Source: Eledone cirrhosa (lineage: Eukaryota). Taken from it: 64,000 bases of DNA. The DNA lies in the NCBI GenBank assembly GCA_964016885.1, contig OZ024761.1, positions 28,396,001 through 28,460,000 on the forward strand, given 5' to 3'. The position numbers and the translations under genes were made by a program. A model generated the notes under the pieces. The model saw only the letters and a program-made list of their open reading frames with translations, ran no database searches and was not told the origin of the DNA. Shown here in pieces: positions 1 through 16,402 of this stretch (positions are counted from its first letter, which is position 1; every line of letters begins with the position of its first letter).

Positions 1-151
1 CAATAACATTTGTGTTTTCATCAGATAAAATAGGAGGACATGATATGAAGGTTAAAAACACTTGTTGATTTAAAACTGCACTATCCACAAGTGTTTTTAA
101 CCTTCATATCATGTCCTCCTATTTTATCTGATGAAAACACAAATGTTATTG
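1..151. repeat. Perfect inverted repeat (arms 1-65 and 87-151; left arm probably continues off-window)
   Basis: 1-65 is the exact reverse complement of 87-151; each arm carries a hammerhead CTGATGA core. Confidence 0.95.
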
Positions 152-190
152 CATGATGATATTTGTTTTTGAAATGCGCATAATAAAATA
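120..190 (+). ncRNA. Type I minimal hammerhead ribozyme (intact core)
   Basis: Stem I tattttat/ataaaata; CTGATGA 128-134; stem II acaaatgttatt/gatgatatttgt; GAAA 171-174; palindromic stem III tgcgca; AUA cleavage triplet ending at 182. Confidence 0.85.
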
Positions 191-219
191 CATGGAACTC
201 TTTTAACCATCTTTTGATC

Positions 220-3330
<3,111 letters not shown>

Positions 3331-4358
3331 AATGTATCTTGTAGTTAGTACAAATTTTCGAATCTCTGGTGCAAACATGGTAAAATCTGTGCTTTTTGTT
3401 CTTTTTGAAAAAACAAAAAACAAAAGAAAAAACAGTAAAAAAAAATATTAACTTTATGAAATTCTAATGATTCTCTGGGTACTTGCCACAAATCATTTTC
3501 AGATTTGGTGTTAAGAAAAACACTAATAACAGTGAAACTTAAACATTTCTAAGGAATATGTATAGATATAAAACATTTCTTTATCAAGCATAAAAAACAT
3601 ATTAAAAATTACACAAATCATAGCCAAAAAAATATAATAATAATAATAATAATAAAAATGTTTTTCAAGACATGTAGGATAGTCTGTAGAACATAATTTT
3701 TTTTAAATTCTCAGTGGATTGTGTAAATCAGAACTTTTCCATACGACTGGCCTACCACCAAGCCTTCTCTACTCCTTGCACATCCCAGCTAGAAAATATG
3801 GTTTATAGAAGAAGCACTGTCTAATGAACATCATGGCATATATTTTTCACCCAATTTTCTCCGGAAATATTTCTGTAAGAACACTGACTGGACTTTGTAT
3901 TTTGTAGTGGGAGTGGAAGAGATTAGGAGGATTGGAAGAGAGGAATTGGAAGAGAGGAAGGAGAGGGAGAAGAAATGGGAAGGAGGGATTGTTTCTTTGA
4001 AAAGAGTTGCAAACTTTCTTGCAAAATGTATACGATACATAGAGAATATAGAATTTCTCAAGGGAGGAAAAGAAGAATATAGAGAAAATTTTGAGAAAAT
4101 TTTGAGAAAATCTACTTAAAATATGGATTGGATCTATTGAGAGAAAAGAAAAATTACATTGGCATATCTATATATATATATATATATAAATGGAAAAGAA
4201 TGAAACAAAATTTCATTTCTCACTCTTAGTACGGCTGATACCTAAATATAAATATTTATATGTACATACACATATGTGTACAGACGTACAGTAGTATGTA
4301 TATAGCCGTACAGTGCTCGGCTGCCATCGTCGCCCTTTTGTTCAACACTGACACAGGA

Positions 4359-4401
4359 ACGATGTACTAGTTTCAAGCTTATTAGCTATCGTCAGCATCG
4401 T
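4359..4401 (-). ncRNA. Type I minimal hammerhead ribozyme (intact core)
   Basis: Minus strand reads acgatg-CTGACGA-tagctaataagctt-GAAA-ctag-TA-catcgt; stem I 6 bp, palindromic stem III, GUA site. Confidence 0.8.
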
Positions 4402-4759
4402 ATACCTTTCTGTCAGATGATTGAACATTTGAAGGTATATACTTTCCTTATGCATATTAACGACTGAGCAGCACAATTTGCATATCAAGTGAGTTAGTCG
4501 GCCGGGCGCACCGAAAACGATAAATGGAAAAGAATGAAACAAAATTTCATTTCTCACTCTTAGTACGGCTGATACCTAAATATAAGTATTTATACGCACA
4601 TATGTGTACAGGCGTACAGTAGTATGTATATATATACATACATGCACACATATATATGTGTACGTATGGGTTTACCGAACATTTATGATAATGCTCGGTT
4701 TGTTTATGCATAAGGAAAGTATATACCTTCAAACGTTCAATCATTTGACAGAAAGGTAT

Positions 4760-4802
4760 ACAATGCTGACAATAGCTAATAAGCTTGAAACTAGTACATC
4801 GT
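4760..4802 (+). ncRNA. Hammerhead copy with core mutation (CTGACAA, G8->A)
   Basis: acaatg-CTGACAA-tagctaataagctt-GAAA-ctag-TA-catcgt; inverted twin of 4359-4401. Confidence 0.65.
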
Positions 4803-4884
4803 TCCTGTGTCAGTGTTGAACAAAAGGACGACGATGGTAGCCGAGCATTGTACGGCGTAATTTGGGCTGTTTGTTTACAAATAT

Positions 4885-5437
4885 AGACACACATACACAC
4901 ACACAAATCACTGTCACACAGACACAAACATAGACACACACAAACATTCATACAGACACACACATATACATACACAAACACACATAAAGACACACATATA
5001 CATACACACACAAACACACAAACAAACACACACACAAAAACAAATATACACAGACACACAAAATCCCAGACACACGCACACAAACATAGACACCCACAGA
5101 CACCCACAGACACACAAATGCACATAAAGACACACACACATATATATACACACACAAACATAGACACGCACAAACACACAACCATGCATACACACGTATA
5201 TATATATATACACACAGACACATACACATATATACACACACATGCATATATATATTTATATATATATATATATACACACACAGACATACGCATATATATA
5301 TATATATATACACACATACATATATATATATTTACACAGACACACACACACACACACACCTATATATACACACAGACACATACACACATACATATATATA
5401 CACACACACACACATATATATATACACACAGACACAT

Positions 5438-5479
<42 letters not shown>

Positions 5480-5547
5480 ATATATATATATTTAAACAGA
5501 CACATACACACACACACACACACACCTATATATACACACAGACGCAT

Positions 5548-5582
<35 letters not shown>

Positions 5583-7684
5583 GACACATAAGCTGTAAGT
5601 TATTCCATTTTGCTCGCTTAAACAATGAAGACTTACTTCCACATGATAAATTAGGATTTGTTGTGTTGCGTCTTCCATTATCTATTGTTAAGCTGAAATT
5701 AATTTAATTCAAATTTAATTTATTTCAATAATCTCCAAATTTAAGAGTTTATTTCTATATCTGCTGTGTCTTGAAAGTTAAGAGGGGGGAGGGGGTAATG
5801 GGAATGGGAGGAGGTTGATGTGTGTTTGTGGGGGTGGGGGTAGTTGGTGGGGGTGAAAGTTATGGAGGAAGGAGGAAGGGGAATTTGGAGGGGTTGATGT
5901 GTGATGGGGGTAGGGGGGGAGGGGGTGATTGGTTATGTGTGTGTGGGGGGTGCATGTGCTTGCGTGTGTGTGTGGAGTGGTGTTGGTAGTGGTGGTGGTG
6001 GTGGTGTGTGTGTGATTGGGTATATGTGGGGTGGTGGTGTGTGCGTGTGTGGAGTGGTGTTGGTAGTGGTGGTGGTGGTGGTGTATGTGAAAGAGTGGGG
6101 GGGATGGGAAGGAAGGGGGTTGGTGTGTGATGGTGGTGCTTGTTGTTGTTGGTGGTGTGTGAAAGTGTGTGGGGGGGTGATGTGTGATGGGGTATGTGTG
6201 GAATGGTGGTGGTGGGGGTGTGAGGATGGTTGGTGGTGTGTGAAAGTGTGGGGAGGGGGATAGAATGGGAGGGGGTTGATGGTGATGTGGTGTGTGAAAG
6301 AGTCGGGGGTGGGATGGGAAGGAAGGGGGTTGGTGTGTGCTGGTTGTGGTGATGGTGGTGGTGGTGTGTGAAAGTGTCAGGTGGGGCGTGGTGGGGCAGG
6401 AGTTGAAATTTAACTTCGTTTAAAGCAGATTCTGGATCTTAATGACTTGACAAGTTCTGTCGCTTTCTCGCACGCATACATGCACATATACATGCACATG
6501 CACGCATGCATGCATTCACATATGCACATACACATAGATACATGCACACACATACACCACATACACATATCGATACATGCACACACATACACTACATACA
6601 CCATATACACACAGACAGCTATACAAGCATGTATGCATGCACATATACATATAGACACATGCACACATGCATGCATGCACATACACATACAGATGCACAC
6701 ACATACACCACATACACAGACATAAAGACAGCTGCACAGAAACACACACACACACAGACAGACAGTAATATGCACACACGCTCACAGAGACACAGGCACA
6801 CACTCACACACAGAGGCAGGTGCACATACACAGACACACACGCATACATGCAAGCAGATGCACATAGACAGAGGTATATACACACGTATTTCATTTTCTC
6901 ATACAGAGACGCACACACGCACATACACATATAGACACATGTACACACACACAGACACACACACAAGCGGGTGCACATACACAGACACTGACACACGCTC
7001 ACACATAGACAGAGGTAAGCACACACGCTCACAGATACAAGTTACATACACAGAGACAAAGGCTTCCTTACACATACACACACACACACACACATACACA
7101 CACACACACACTCATACACACACACACATGGACATATAGATACAGGTATAAGTACAGGCACACATACACACATGTACACCCACATTCACATGTACACACA
7201 CACATGTACACCCACATTCACATGTACACACACACTCACACATATACACATGTACATACACATATACATGTGTACACACACAGGTAAACACTCACAAGTA
7301 CACACACACATATAAACCTACACACAGACACAAATACACACACACAAACCCACACACACTGACACAATTACACACACATATAAACACACACACACAGACA
7401 CAAATACACACACACATAAACCCACACACAGACACAAGTACACACACATATAAACCTACACACACACAAATACACACACACATAAACCCACACACATACA
7501 CAAATACACACACATAAACCTACACACAGACACAAGTACACACACATAAACACACACAGACACAAATACACACACACATAAACCCACACACAGACATAAA
7601 CAACTACACAGACATACAAATCACCTACATAGACACACACACACAATAGTAGCAGCAGCAGCAGTTATCGTAGTAGTGGTGGTG

Positions 7685-7764
<80 letters not shown>

Positions 7765-7960
7765 TCGAGTAGTAGTAGTAGTAGTAGCAGCAGCAGCAGC
7801 AGTAGTAGTAGAAGCAGCAGCAGTAGTAGCAGCAGCAGCAGCAGCACTAGTAGTAGTAGTAGTAGTAGTAGTAGCAGCAGCAGTACTAGTAGTAGTAGCA
7901 GCAGCAGCAGCAGTAGCAGTAGCAGTAGTAGTAGTAGTAGTAGTAGCTGCAGCAGCAGCC
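4885..7960. repeat. Low-complexity (CA)n, GT-rich and (AGT)n/(AGC)n microsatellite tracts
   Basis: Simple repeats; the ORFs here are THTH, CVCV and poly-V/T/L artefacts. Confidence 0.9.
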
Positions 7961-8100
7961 ATCAACAAGACAGGAAGTGTAAAAATCGAAAATTGAAGTA
8001 TTTCTTCAGCACCACATATTGTAAGAAAGCAGAATGACTCTGGTAAAGGTGCTTACTCCACACTCATCAGTTTTGGGGTTCAATCCCAGTGTTCATCATC

Positions 8101-8320
8101 TTAACCCTTCAGCAGTTAAACTGGCCATATCTGGCTAGAATACTCTCACCTCTTTCTGTTCAAACCAGTCATAACCAGCTGCTCATACTTATGTTAAGGT
8201 ATTGTTCTCAAAATAAATAATATTAAAATCTCGTAGATCAGATATTATGTGAGATAATTATTTGAGATAAATTATGTTTACTGTGAAAATACAATAGTAA
8301 TTTAAATGTTACAGGGTTAA
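8101..8320 (+). mobile_element. ~220-bp TTAA-flanked MITE (piggyBac-type ends), copy 1
   Basis: ttaaccctt...agggttaa termini; body shared with six other copies in the window. Confidence 0.85.
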
Positions 8321-8594
8321 GCTATGTGTCTTTTACTATAGCTTCGGGTAAAATGTACTTGCTGCATTTTATCATGGCACCAGCACTAAGGATGTTGTTA
8401 TGCACTTGACACAACTGAAGTCCTCTCAACACTGGGTGCCCTTTCTATCCCCAACCACTTTACAGAGTGTACTGGGTGCATTTTATCATAGCTCCAGCAT
8501 TAGTGAGATTGTCATACCCTTGAGACAACTGAAAAATCGTCTTAACTAGAAGTAAAAGTGTTCTTTGATAAAAGCAAAAAGACCAATTGTCAGA

Positions 8595-8805
8595 GTAACA
8601 CTTTACCATTTACATTACTCTATATATATACTATTATAGTATCACAGTAAAGGCTTTACCTCACATATAGAATCTATGAGATTTTGGTATTTATTTTGAG
8701 AACAATACCTTACATCAGTATGAGTGGCCGGTTACAGCCGGTTTGAACAGAAAAAGGTGAGTAAATTCTGGCCGGATAGGGCTGGTTTAAATGCTAAAGG
8801 GTTAA
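8595..8805 (-). mobile_element. TTAA MITE copy 2
   Basis: Reverse-complement match to copy 1; ends atgctaaagggttaa. Confidence 0.8.
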
Positions 8806-8982
8806 ACCAAGGAAACAACATGTTTTGCTTTAGTTTTTTCCATTGCTGATAGTGTCAGCCCATCGCAACCCCTAGCAGAATGAACAGCTTAATATAAGAT
8901 ATTTTGTTAAAGAACACAACATACCATTAGCTTCAGGAATCAAACCCATGTCAACCACAACACCATTCATCTTTGTTAAATA

Positions 8983-9169
8983 ATTGTTTCTACTTTAGGC
9001 ACAAGGCCAGCAATTACCCAGTGCATTACTGGTACTTTATTTTATCGACCCCGTAAGGATGAAAGGCAAAGTCAACCTCGGCGGGATTTGAACTCAGATC
9101 GTAAAGGGACGTAACTATGCTGGAAAGCATGGCGTCCAACCCTCTACCGATACTGCTAATCCACCGCCT
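8983..9169 (-). mobile_element. SINE family 1 (tRNA-like head, central domain ...ctttgcctttcatccttacggggtcgataaaataaagtaccag...), followed by older copies to ~9525
   Basis: B-box gagttcaaatcc; 16-bp TSD atctttgttaaataat at 8969-8984 and 9172-9187. Confidence 0.9.
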
Positions 9170-9803
9170 TAATCTTTGTTAAATAATGGTTTCTGATTTA
9201 GACAGAAGGCTAACAACATGGTGGGAGGGAAGAGACAATTAAATTGACTCAAGTAAATTATTTTATTGACCCCGCCCGTAAGACGAAAAGCAAAACTAAC
9301 CTTTGAGTGGCTTCAGATTTAGGCACAACGCAAACAATTTTAAGGGAAGGGAAAGTCGATTAAATTGACTCCAGTGCATTACTGGTACTTTATTTTATTG
9401 ACTCCATAAGGATGAAAGGCAAAGCTAACCTTGGCCAGATTTGAACTCAAAACATAAAGGGACCTAATTCTAAGCTGAAAAGCTTCTTATCCAACACTCT
9501 ACCAATACTGACAATCCACCACCCTCAATCTTCGTTAAATAACAAGAATATAGATTTATTAAAGATTTGCCAACCTACTTGTTCCACTAACTGATGTTAT
9601 TTGGAAATAATTTTCAATCAAATTTAATTTATTTCAAAAATATTTACAGTTTATAAAGTTTGATTTATTTCAATAATAACAAAGTTTAAGACTTCCTATG
9701 AAGCTTGAAAATTAAGGGTTGTTGTTAAATCATAAAAAATAACTTTGTTTCATCCATCATTTTAATCTAATGATTTAACATCTTATTTCATTTTTTATGT
9801 ATG

Positions 9804-9850
<47 letters not shown>

Positions 9851-9886
9851 TTATTTATATGTGTGTGTGTATATATATATATATAT

Positions 9887-10257
9887 GACCTCTGGCGTCA
9901 CGCAGTAATACAGAGTACCCGACCTCCCATGGGTACAAGCTGAAGCATATAGACAATATAGACAATATGGCCCCACACCCTCCCACTGCAAGGTGGTCGT
10001 GGAGGCGCCACAACAAAAAAGCACCCAGCCCACACTGTAAAGTGGACGTGTAGGCGTCACGGAAAAAACCCCCAGCACTCACTGTAAATGAGGTTGGTGT
10101 TAGGAAGGGTATCCAGCTGTAGAAATCAAGCCAAAATCAGTTCCTGTATAAGCAAGGCATGGTCAGCCGACCAGACACTGCCCACAACAGGACAACCCGT
10201 CTAACCCATGCTAGCATGGAAGAACGGACGTAAAAAGGTGATGATGATGATGATGAT
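9887..10257 (+). mobile_element. RTE-type LINE 3' end (family B, long 3' UTR, (TGA)n tail)
   Basis: Encodes DLWRHAVIQSTRPPMGTS*; near-identical to 14003-14471 on the opposite strand. Confidence 0.85.
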
Positions 10258-11037
10258 ATATATATATAGCCAGTTTCTTGGACGGTTTCCAACATACGGT
10301 TAAGGTTGCGCTTACCAATGAAACGGTCGTAAATACCTGGATAAAATCCTTTTTTTAATGCTTACCTGTGTTTTTTTCTTTTATTGTTATATATATATAT
10401 ATATATTCATTTATATGTATATATATATATATTTATATATATGCATATATATATATGTATATATATATATATTCATTTATATTTATATGTATATATATAT
10501 ATATTTATATATATGCATATATATATATGTATATATATATATATGCAGGTATATGTGTGTGCGTGTGCATCTACATATATAAAGATATACACACATTGTG
10601 CACACACACACACATATATATATATACATATATATATATATATGCTTGCATCTATACACCTACACAGATGAATATATATATACATGTATATATCTATATT
10701 TATTATTCCAAGTGAAAAGCGTTGGTTGATCAAGCAATTGACCGACTGTGGTGTAAACAGACGTAAGCACTCCACAACGCGGGTAACTTAAGGTATTACC
10801 TATAATGTCTGACATATACACACCAAATTCTTTAAGTTATGTTCCAAACCACATTGTCTCCAAAATTCAACAGAGAAACAATTGCTTTACTTTCACTGTT
10901 TAATGACATATCTTACTTTGATTTTTCTTTTCAATTTTATCTTTAAATATGAGAAACTTGATGAATTATAAATTTCTTTTAATAGACCACTTAGACCACC
11001 CCTGTCAACCGAGAGCTTGACCTCAGACTCTGCAGAC

Positions 11038-11267
11038 TTAACCATTTAACATTTACATTATTCTAGATATACTATAATATTTTCATGGCAAAGGCTTTAC
11101 TTCACATGGTTATCTCACATAATATCGAATCTATGAGAGTTAGATATTATTTATTTTGAGAAAAATACCTTAACATCAGTGCGAGTGGCTTGTTATGGCT
11201 GATTTGGAACAGAAAGAGGTGAGAGAATTCTAGCTGGATACAGCCAGTTTAAAGGCTAAATGATCAA
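11038..11267 (-). mobile_element. TTAA MITE copy 3
   Basis: Family match with decayed TIRs. Confidence 0.8.
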
Positions 11268-11451
11268 ATATGTGAAACTTGATGAATTATAAATTTCATA
11301 GGAAAATGGGAAAACTTGGCATAAGAAAGCTATTAAAACAGCAAAATGCTGTCAAAGCAACATTGGGTAGAAATCAGAGGCTAGAAGTGAGTTGGCTTGA
11401 AGAATTGATATGGAGAAATAAATAAAATGGGTGAGAAGAATTCACAGACAT

Positions 11452-11680
11452 TTAACCCTTTAGCATTTAAACTGGCCATAACTGGCTAGAATTCTCTCAC
11501 TTCTTTCTGTTTAAACTGGTCGTAACTGGCTGCTCATGCTGATGTTAAGGTACTGTTCTCAAAATAAATAACATCAAAATCTCATAGATTTGATATTATG
11601 TGAGATAATTATGTAAAATAAAGCCTTTACCACAAAAATACAATAGTATATATAGAGTAATGTAAATGGTAAAGGGTTAA
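11452..11680 (+). mobile_element. TTAA MITE copy 4 (well preserved TIRs)
   Basis: ttaaccctttagcattta...taaatggtaaagggttaa. Confidence 0.9.
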
Positions 11681-12154
11681 ATACACACATCAGCTTTTAG
11701 ACTGCTTGTTATTTTTAAACAAAACATAACACTTGTCAAAATGAAAAAGAATGAGAAATATATGCCGATGATTTGAACCCATGTAGTTCTGTTATGAAAT
11801 CTTTAATTGTCATGGAATTCATTCGTGTCACTGCAGATACACTATCATGTGACTTTTGTAGTGCTTGCTTCACAGAATAACCTTTTAGATCGCCATAAAT
11901 CTCTCAGTCACCCTGGGGTTACAAGTCTGGCATGAAATCTTCTGTATTTGGTGGGCAAACATTAAAACCTGTTGCTTCTTGATGTCACATTTGTCAAGAG
12001 GTTAAAGCCACAATATTATCGTCCGGAACAAGAGCTCATTAGATGACTCTGTTTCTTTGACCGCATAAACATTGATTTTTCAGAGTTCGTTACCTTCGTC
12101 GTCAAGTAATAAATATCTTGTTGATTGTTATCAATAAATATCTGCCAACCTCTC

Positions 12155-13880
12155 ACCACCACCACCACCACCACCACCAGCATCACCATGACCACACCAC
12201 CATGCCACCACCACCACCAACAACAACAATACAATACTACCACCACCACCACCACCACCACCGACATCACCATGACCACACCACAATGCCACCACCACCA
12301 CGAACAATACAATACTACCACCACCACCATCACCACCGACATCACCATGACCACACCACCATGCCACCACCACCAACAACAATACAATACTACCACCACC
12401 ACCAACATCATGACCACACCACCATGCCACCACCACCACCACCACCGACAATACACTACTACCACCACCACCACCAACATCACCATGACCACACCACCAT
12501 GCCACCACCACCACCAACAATACAATACTACCACCACCACCAACACCACCATGACCACACCACCATGCCACCACCAACAATACAATACTACCACCACCAC
12601 CACCAACATCATCACCATGACCACACCACCATGCCGCCACCACCACCACCACCAACATCACCATGCCACCACCACCATGCCACCAACAATACAATACTAC
12701 CACCACCACCACCACCATCATCACCATGACCACACCACCATGCCACCAGCACCACCAACAATACAATACTACCACCACCACCACCAACATCATCACCATG
12801 ACCACACCACCATGCCGCCACCACCACCACCACCAACATCACCATGCCACCACCACCATGCCACCAACAATACAATACTACCACCACCACCACCACCGAC
12901 ATCACCATGACCACACTTCCATGCCACCACCACCACCAACAATACAAAACCACCACCACCGACATCACCATGACCACACCACCATGCCACCACCATACCA
13001 CCACCACCACCGCCACTACAATGCACCACCACCACCTCAACACCACACCACGCCACCACCATTACCACCACTACTACCAACACCACCATCACCACTACCA
13101 CTACCATGCCACCACCACTACAACCACCACAGACCACACCACACCACCACCATGCCACCATCACCATCACACTACCACTACTACCACCACACCACCACAA
13201 CTACAACCACCCACTACTATCACAGCACCACCACCACCTCCACCACGCTACCACCACCACGCCACCACCACTACAACCACCCACTACCATCACGGCACCA
13301 CCACTACCACCACCACCACGCCACCACCACCATGCTACCGCCACTACCACAACAATACCACCACACCAACACCCCCATGCCACTACCACCACATCACCAT
13401 GCTACCACCACTACCACACCAATACCACCACACCAACACCACCATGCCACTACCACCACATCACCACTACCACCTCGCCACCAGCACCATGCTACCACCA
13501 CTACCACACCGATACCACCACACCAACACCACCATGCCACTACCACAACCACAACACCACCGCACCACCACTACAAACACCCACTACCATCATGGCACCA
13601 CCACCACCACCATGCTACCACCACCACCACCACCATCACACCACCACTACCACCACACTACCACCACCACTACCACCACACTACCACCACCACCACCATC
13701 ACACCACCACAACACCACCGCACCACCACCACAACCACCCACTACCATCATGGCACCACCACCACCATGCTACCACCACCACCATCACACCACCACTACC
13801 ACCACACTACCACCACCACCACCATCACACCACCACTACCACCACACTACCACCACGCCACCACCACTACAACCACCCAC
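12155..13880. repeat. (ACC)n-based compound minisatellite
   Basis: Recurring catcaccatgaccacaccaccatgcc and aacaatacaatact cores separated by variable (ACC)n runs. Confidence 0.9.
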
Positions 13881-14002
13881 TACATTGTTTATTTTTCTCT
13901 TATCATGACATTTCTTCATTGAGGGGTCATTTCAACAGCAACAGTCACTTCTGACTTCACTACATCTTTGCAGTCTATTTTCAGTTTCAGTCAGGATGTG
14001 TT

Positions 14003-14471
14003 CATCATCATCATCATCATCACCGTTTTACGTCCGTTCTTCCATGCTAGCATGGGTTAGACGGGTTGTCCTGTTGTGGGCAGTGTCTGGTCGGCTGACC
14101 ATGCCTTGCTCATACAGGAACTGATTTTGGCTTGATTTCTACAGCTGGATGCCCTTCCTAACACCAACCTCATTTACAGTGAGTGCTGGGTGCTTTTTCG
14201 TGGCGCCTACACGTCCACTTTACAGTGTGGGCTGGGTGCTTTTTTGCCGTGGCACCTCCACGACCTCCTTGCAGTGGGGGGGTGTGGGGGCATATTGTCT
14301 ATATGCTTCAGCTAGTACCCATGGGAGGTCGGGTACTCTGTATTACTGCGTGACGCCAGAGGTCACGGTCGTGTGTCATCGCCTTTGAGAGGTGTAATTG
14401 GGTAAGGTCGGCTTTTATCACCTCATCCCAGGTCATCTTGGGTCTCCCCACTCCGCGGTTTCCATCGACTT
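14003..14471 (-). mobile_element. RTE-type LINE 3' fragment (family B)
   Basis: Minus strand translates VDGNRGVGRPKMTWDEVIKADLTQLHLSKAMTHDRDLWRHAV; (TGA)n tail. Confidence 0.9.
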
Positions 14472-14636
14472 AGTCTTAATAGTCTCATGGCTAATAGTTT
14501 TCATGTCTTTCTAGTATGACAGGAATGACCCAACCCCCAGAATCTCGAAACCAACACCACACCATACCCCTAGACATTAACAGTCAGACTACTGTCCAAT
14601 GTATTTGGTTGGAATCATTTTATCAATTATATAATA

Positions 14637-15111
14637 CGAAAGGCCGGTTATATGATGCCTGTGTGAAATGTGCGATGCTGCATGGTAGTGAGACATGGGC
14701 AGCAACTGCAGAGGATATGCGACGGCTGGAGAGAAATGAAGCAAGCATGCTCCGTTGGATGTGCAATATCAATGTACGTGAACGACCAAGATATGGATGA
14801 GTTGAGAGAGAAACTGTGTATAAGGGGGTTAAACAGTAGTGTGAGGGAGAGAAGACTGTGATGGTATGGACTTGTGATGCGCATGGAGGTTGACCGCTGG
14901 GTAAAGAAGTGCCAAGAAATCCCAGTAGAAGGAAGACACAGTAGAGGAAGACCACGAAAACATGGGCGGCGTTGGTGAGAGCAGACCTCAGATCGCTGAA
15001 GCTCACGGAGGAGATGATGAAGGACCTTGAGAAGTGGAGAGATGCTGTGCTGAATAGGACCCGTCCCACCCTTGCAAGCAGAGAAAAGCGGATGTAAAAT
15101 GATGATGATGA
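14637..15111 (+). mobile_element. RTE-type LINE 3' fragment (family A), frameshifted
   Basis: KGRLYDACVKCAMLHGSETW...ERRL*WYGLVMRM...RGRPRKTW...; (GAT)n tail. Confidence 0.9.
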
Positions 15112-15196
15112 TTATATAATGTTTGCAGTAGTAATAAAAGAAAAAACACAAAAAAAAAATTTAATTAGCAAAAGTAAGGGGAGAGAAATGGGATAC

Positions 15197-15460
15197 TCAT
15201 CATCATCCAGCAGCCTCAGCCAAAATGGACACAACAATTGATCTCCATGTAGGTCTATTGTTCATTGTCGTTGCCAAATCCTGGATTTCAATACCAGAAT
15301 CTCTGGAGATGACATCGGGGTAGGAGAGCTTGTGCCCTCCTGTTATTAGTGACTGCTTGTAGTTTCCAAAGAACTAATAGGGATGCAGTCTCGTAGGTGG
15401 CACAATTGCAGTGATCAGCAAATCTTACTCTCCTCTTATGAACAACGTGGGTGTGGCAAG
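15197..15460 (-). mobile_element. Third RTE/RTEX-like LINE 3' fragment
   Basis: Minus strand translates RRVRFADHC...LLVLWK / HKLSYPDVISRDSGIEIQDLATTMNNRPTWRSIV with one frameshift, then (TGA)3. Confidence 0.7.
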
Positions 15461-15747
15461 CATGGCATGTGGCACAGGCGCCACTTGGACTAGGAGCACA
15501 TTCTATTCAAGTCAAATAAGCCTCGTCGGAGAGTGAAAAAAAGAAACTCCTTCAGATGTATGATCTGTCTCTATCATGGGTGAGAACACTATGGTGACTG
15601 GATCATTAAACTATTTATATAAATTATTAAACCTCCATAGGTAAAAATACAGTGCTGAGTAGGGGTGTAATTGCACTGCTTGCCATAGGTGATATTTTCC
15701 CTAATTATGCCTCTGGGTGGTGGTTGTTGTTTTGGGGTTGGTCGTGT

Positions 15748-16402
15748 CAGACTACACACCCCAGTCAAGGTAGTATATCATATATGTGGTTGGGAGTGAC
15801 AGACTCTACACCCCAGTCTTGGTGATATATCTCAGCTGAGGTAGAGAGTGGCAGACTCTACACCCCAGTCAGGGTGGTATATCTCAGCTGTGTTAGGGAT
15901 AACGGACTCTAGGCCCCAGTCAAGCTGGTATATCTCAGTTGTGGCAGGGAGTGTCACTATCCCTGTCTAGGTAGTATATCTCAGCTGTGTGAGTGGCAGT
16001 CTCTACGCCCCAGTCAAGGTGGTGTACCACAGCCGTGATAGGGAGTAGCTAACTTAATACCCCAGTCAAGGTGGTATATCTCAGCTGAGGTAGGAAGTGG
16101 CTAACTCTATACCCCAGTCAAGGTGGTATATCTCAGCTGAGGTAGGAAGTGGCTAACTCTATACCCCAGTCAAGGTGGTATATCTCAGCTGAGGTAGGAA
16201 GTGGCTAACTCTATACCCGAGTCAAGGTGGTATATCTCAGCTGAGGTAGGAAGTGGCTAACTCTATACCCCAGTCAAGGTGGTATATCTCAGCTGTGGTA
16301 GGGAGTAGCTGACACTACACCCCAGTCTAGGTCCTGTATCTCAGCTGTGGTAGGGGGTGGCCAACTGTACACCCCAGTCAAGGTGATATATCTCAGCTGA
16401 GT
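15748..16402. repeat. 52-bp minisatellite, ~12.5 copies
   Basis: Unit ccagtcaaggtggtatatctcagctgaggtaggaagtggctaactctatacc; homogeneous centre, diverged edges. Confidence 0.95.

Larger units (their letters stand above)
4186..4856. mobile_element. Penelope-like non-coding element: direct repeats (4186-4304/4520-4632) interleaved with 152-bp inverted repeats (4305-4456/4705-4856), each IR arm carrying a hammerhead
   Basis: Direct and inverted copies visible by alignment; hammerhead motif in both IR arms; flanked by (TA)n and (CA)n. Confidence 0.7.

Noticed and set aside
12118-13954. Mucin or His-rich protein exon
   Set aside because: Open in all frames because of (ACC)n; no splice signals or frame preference
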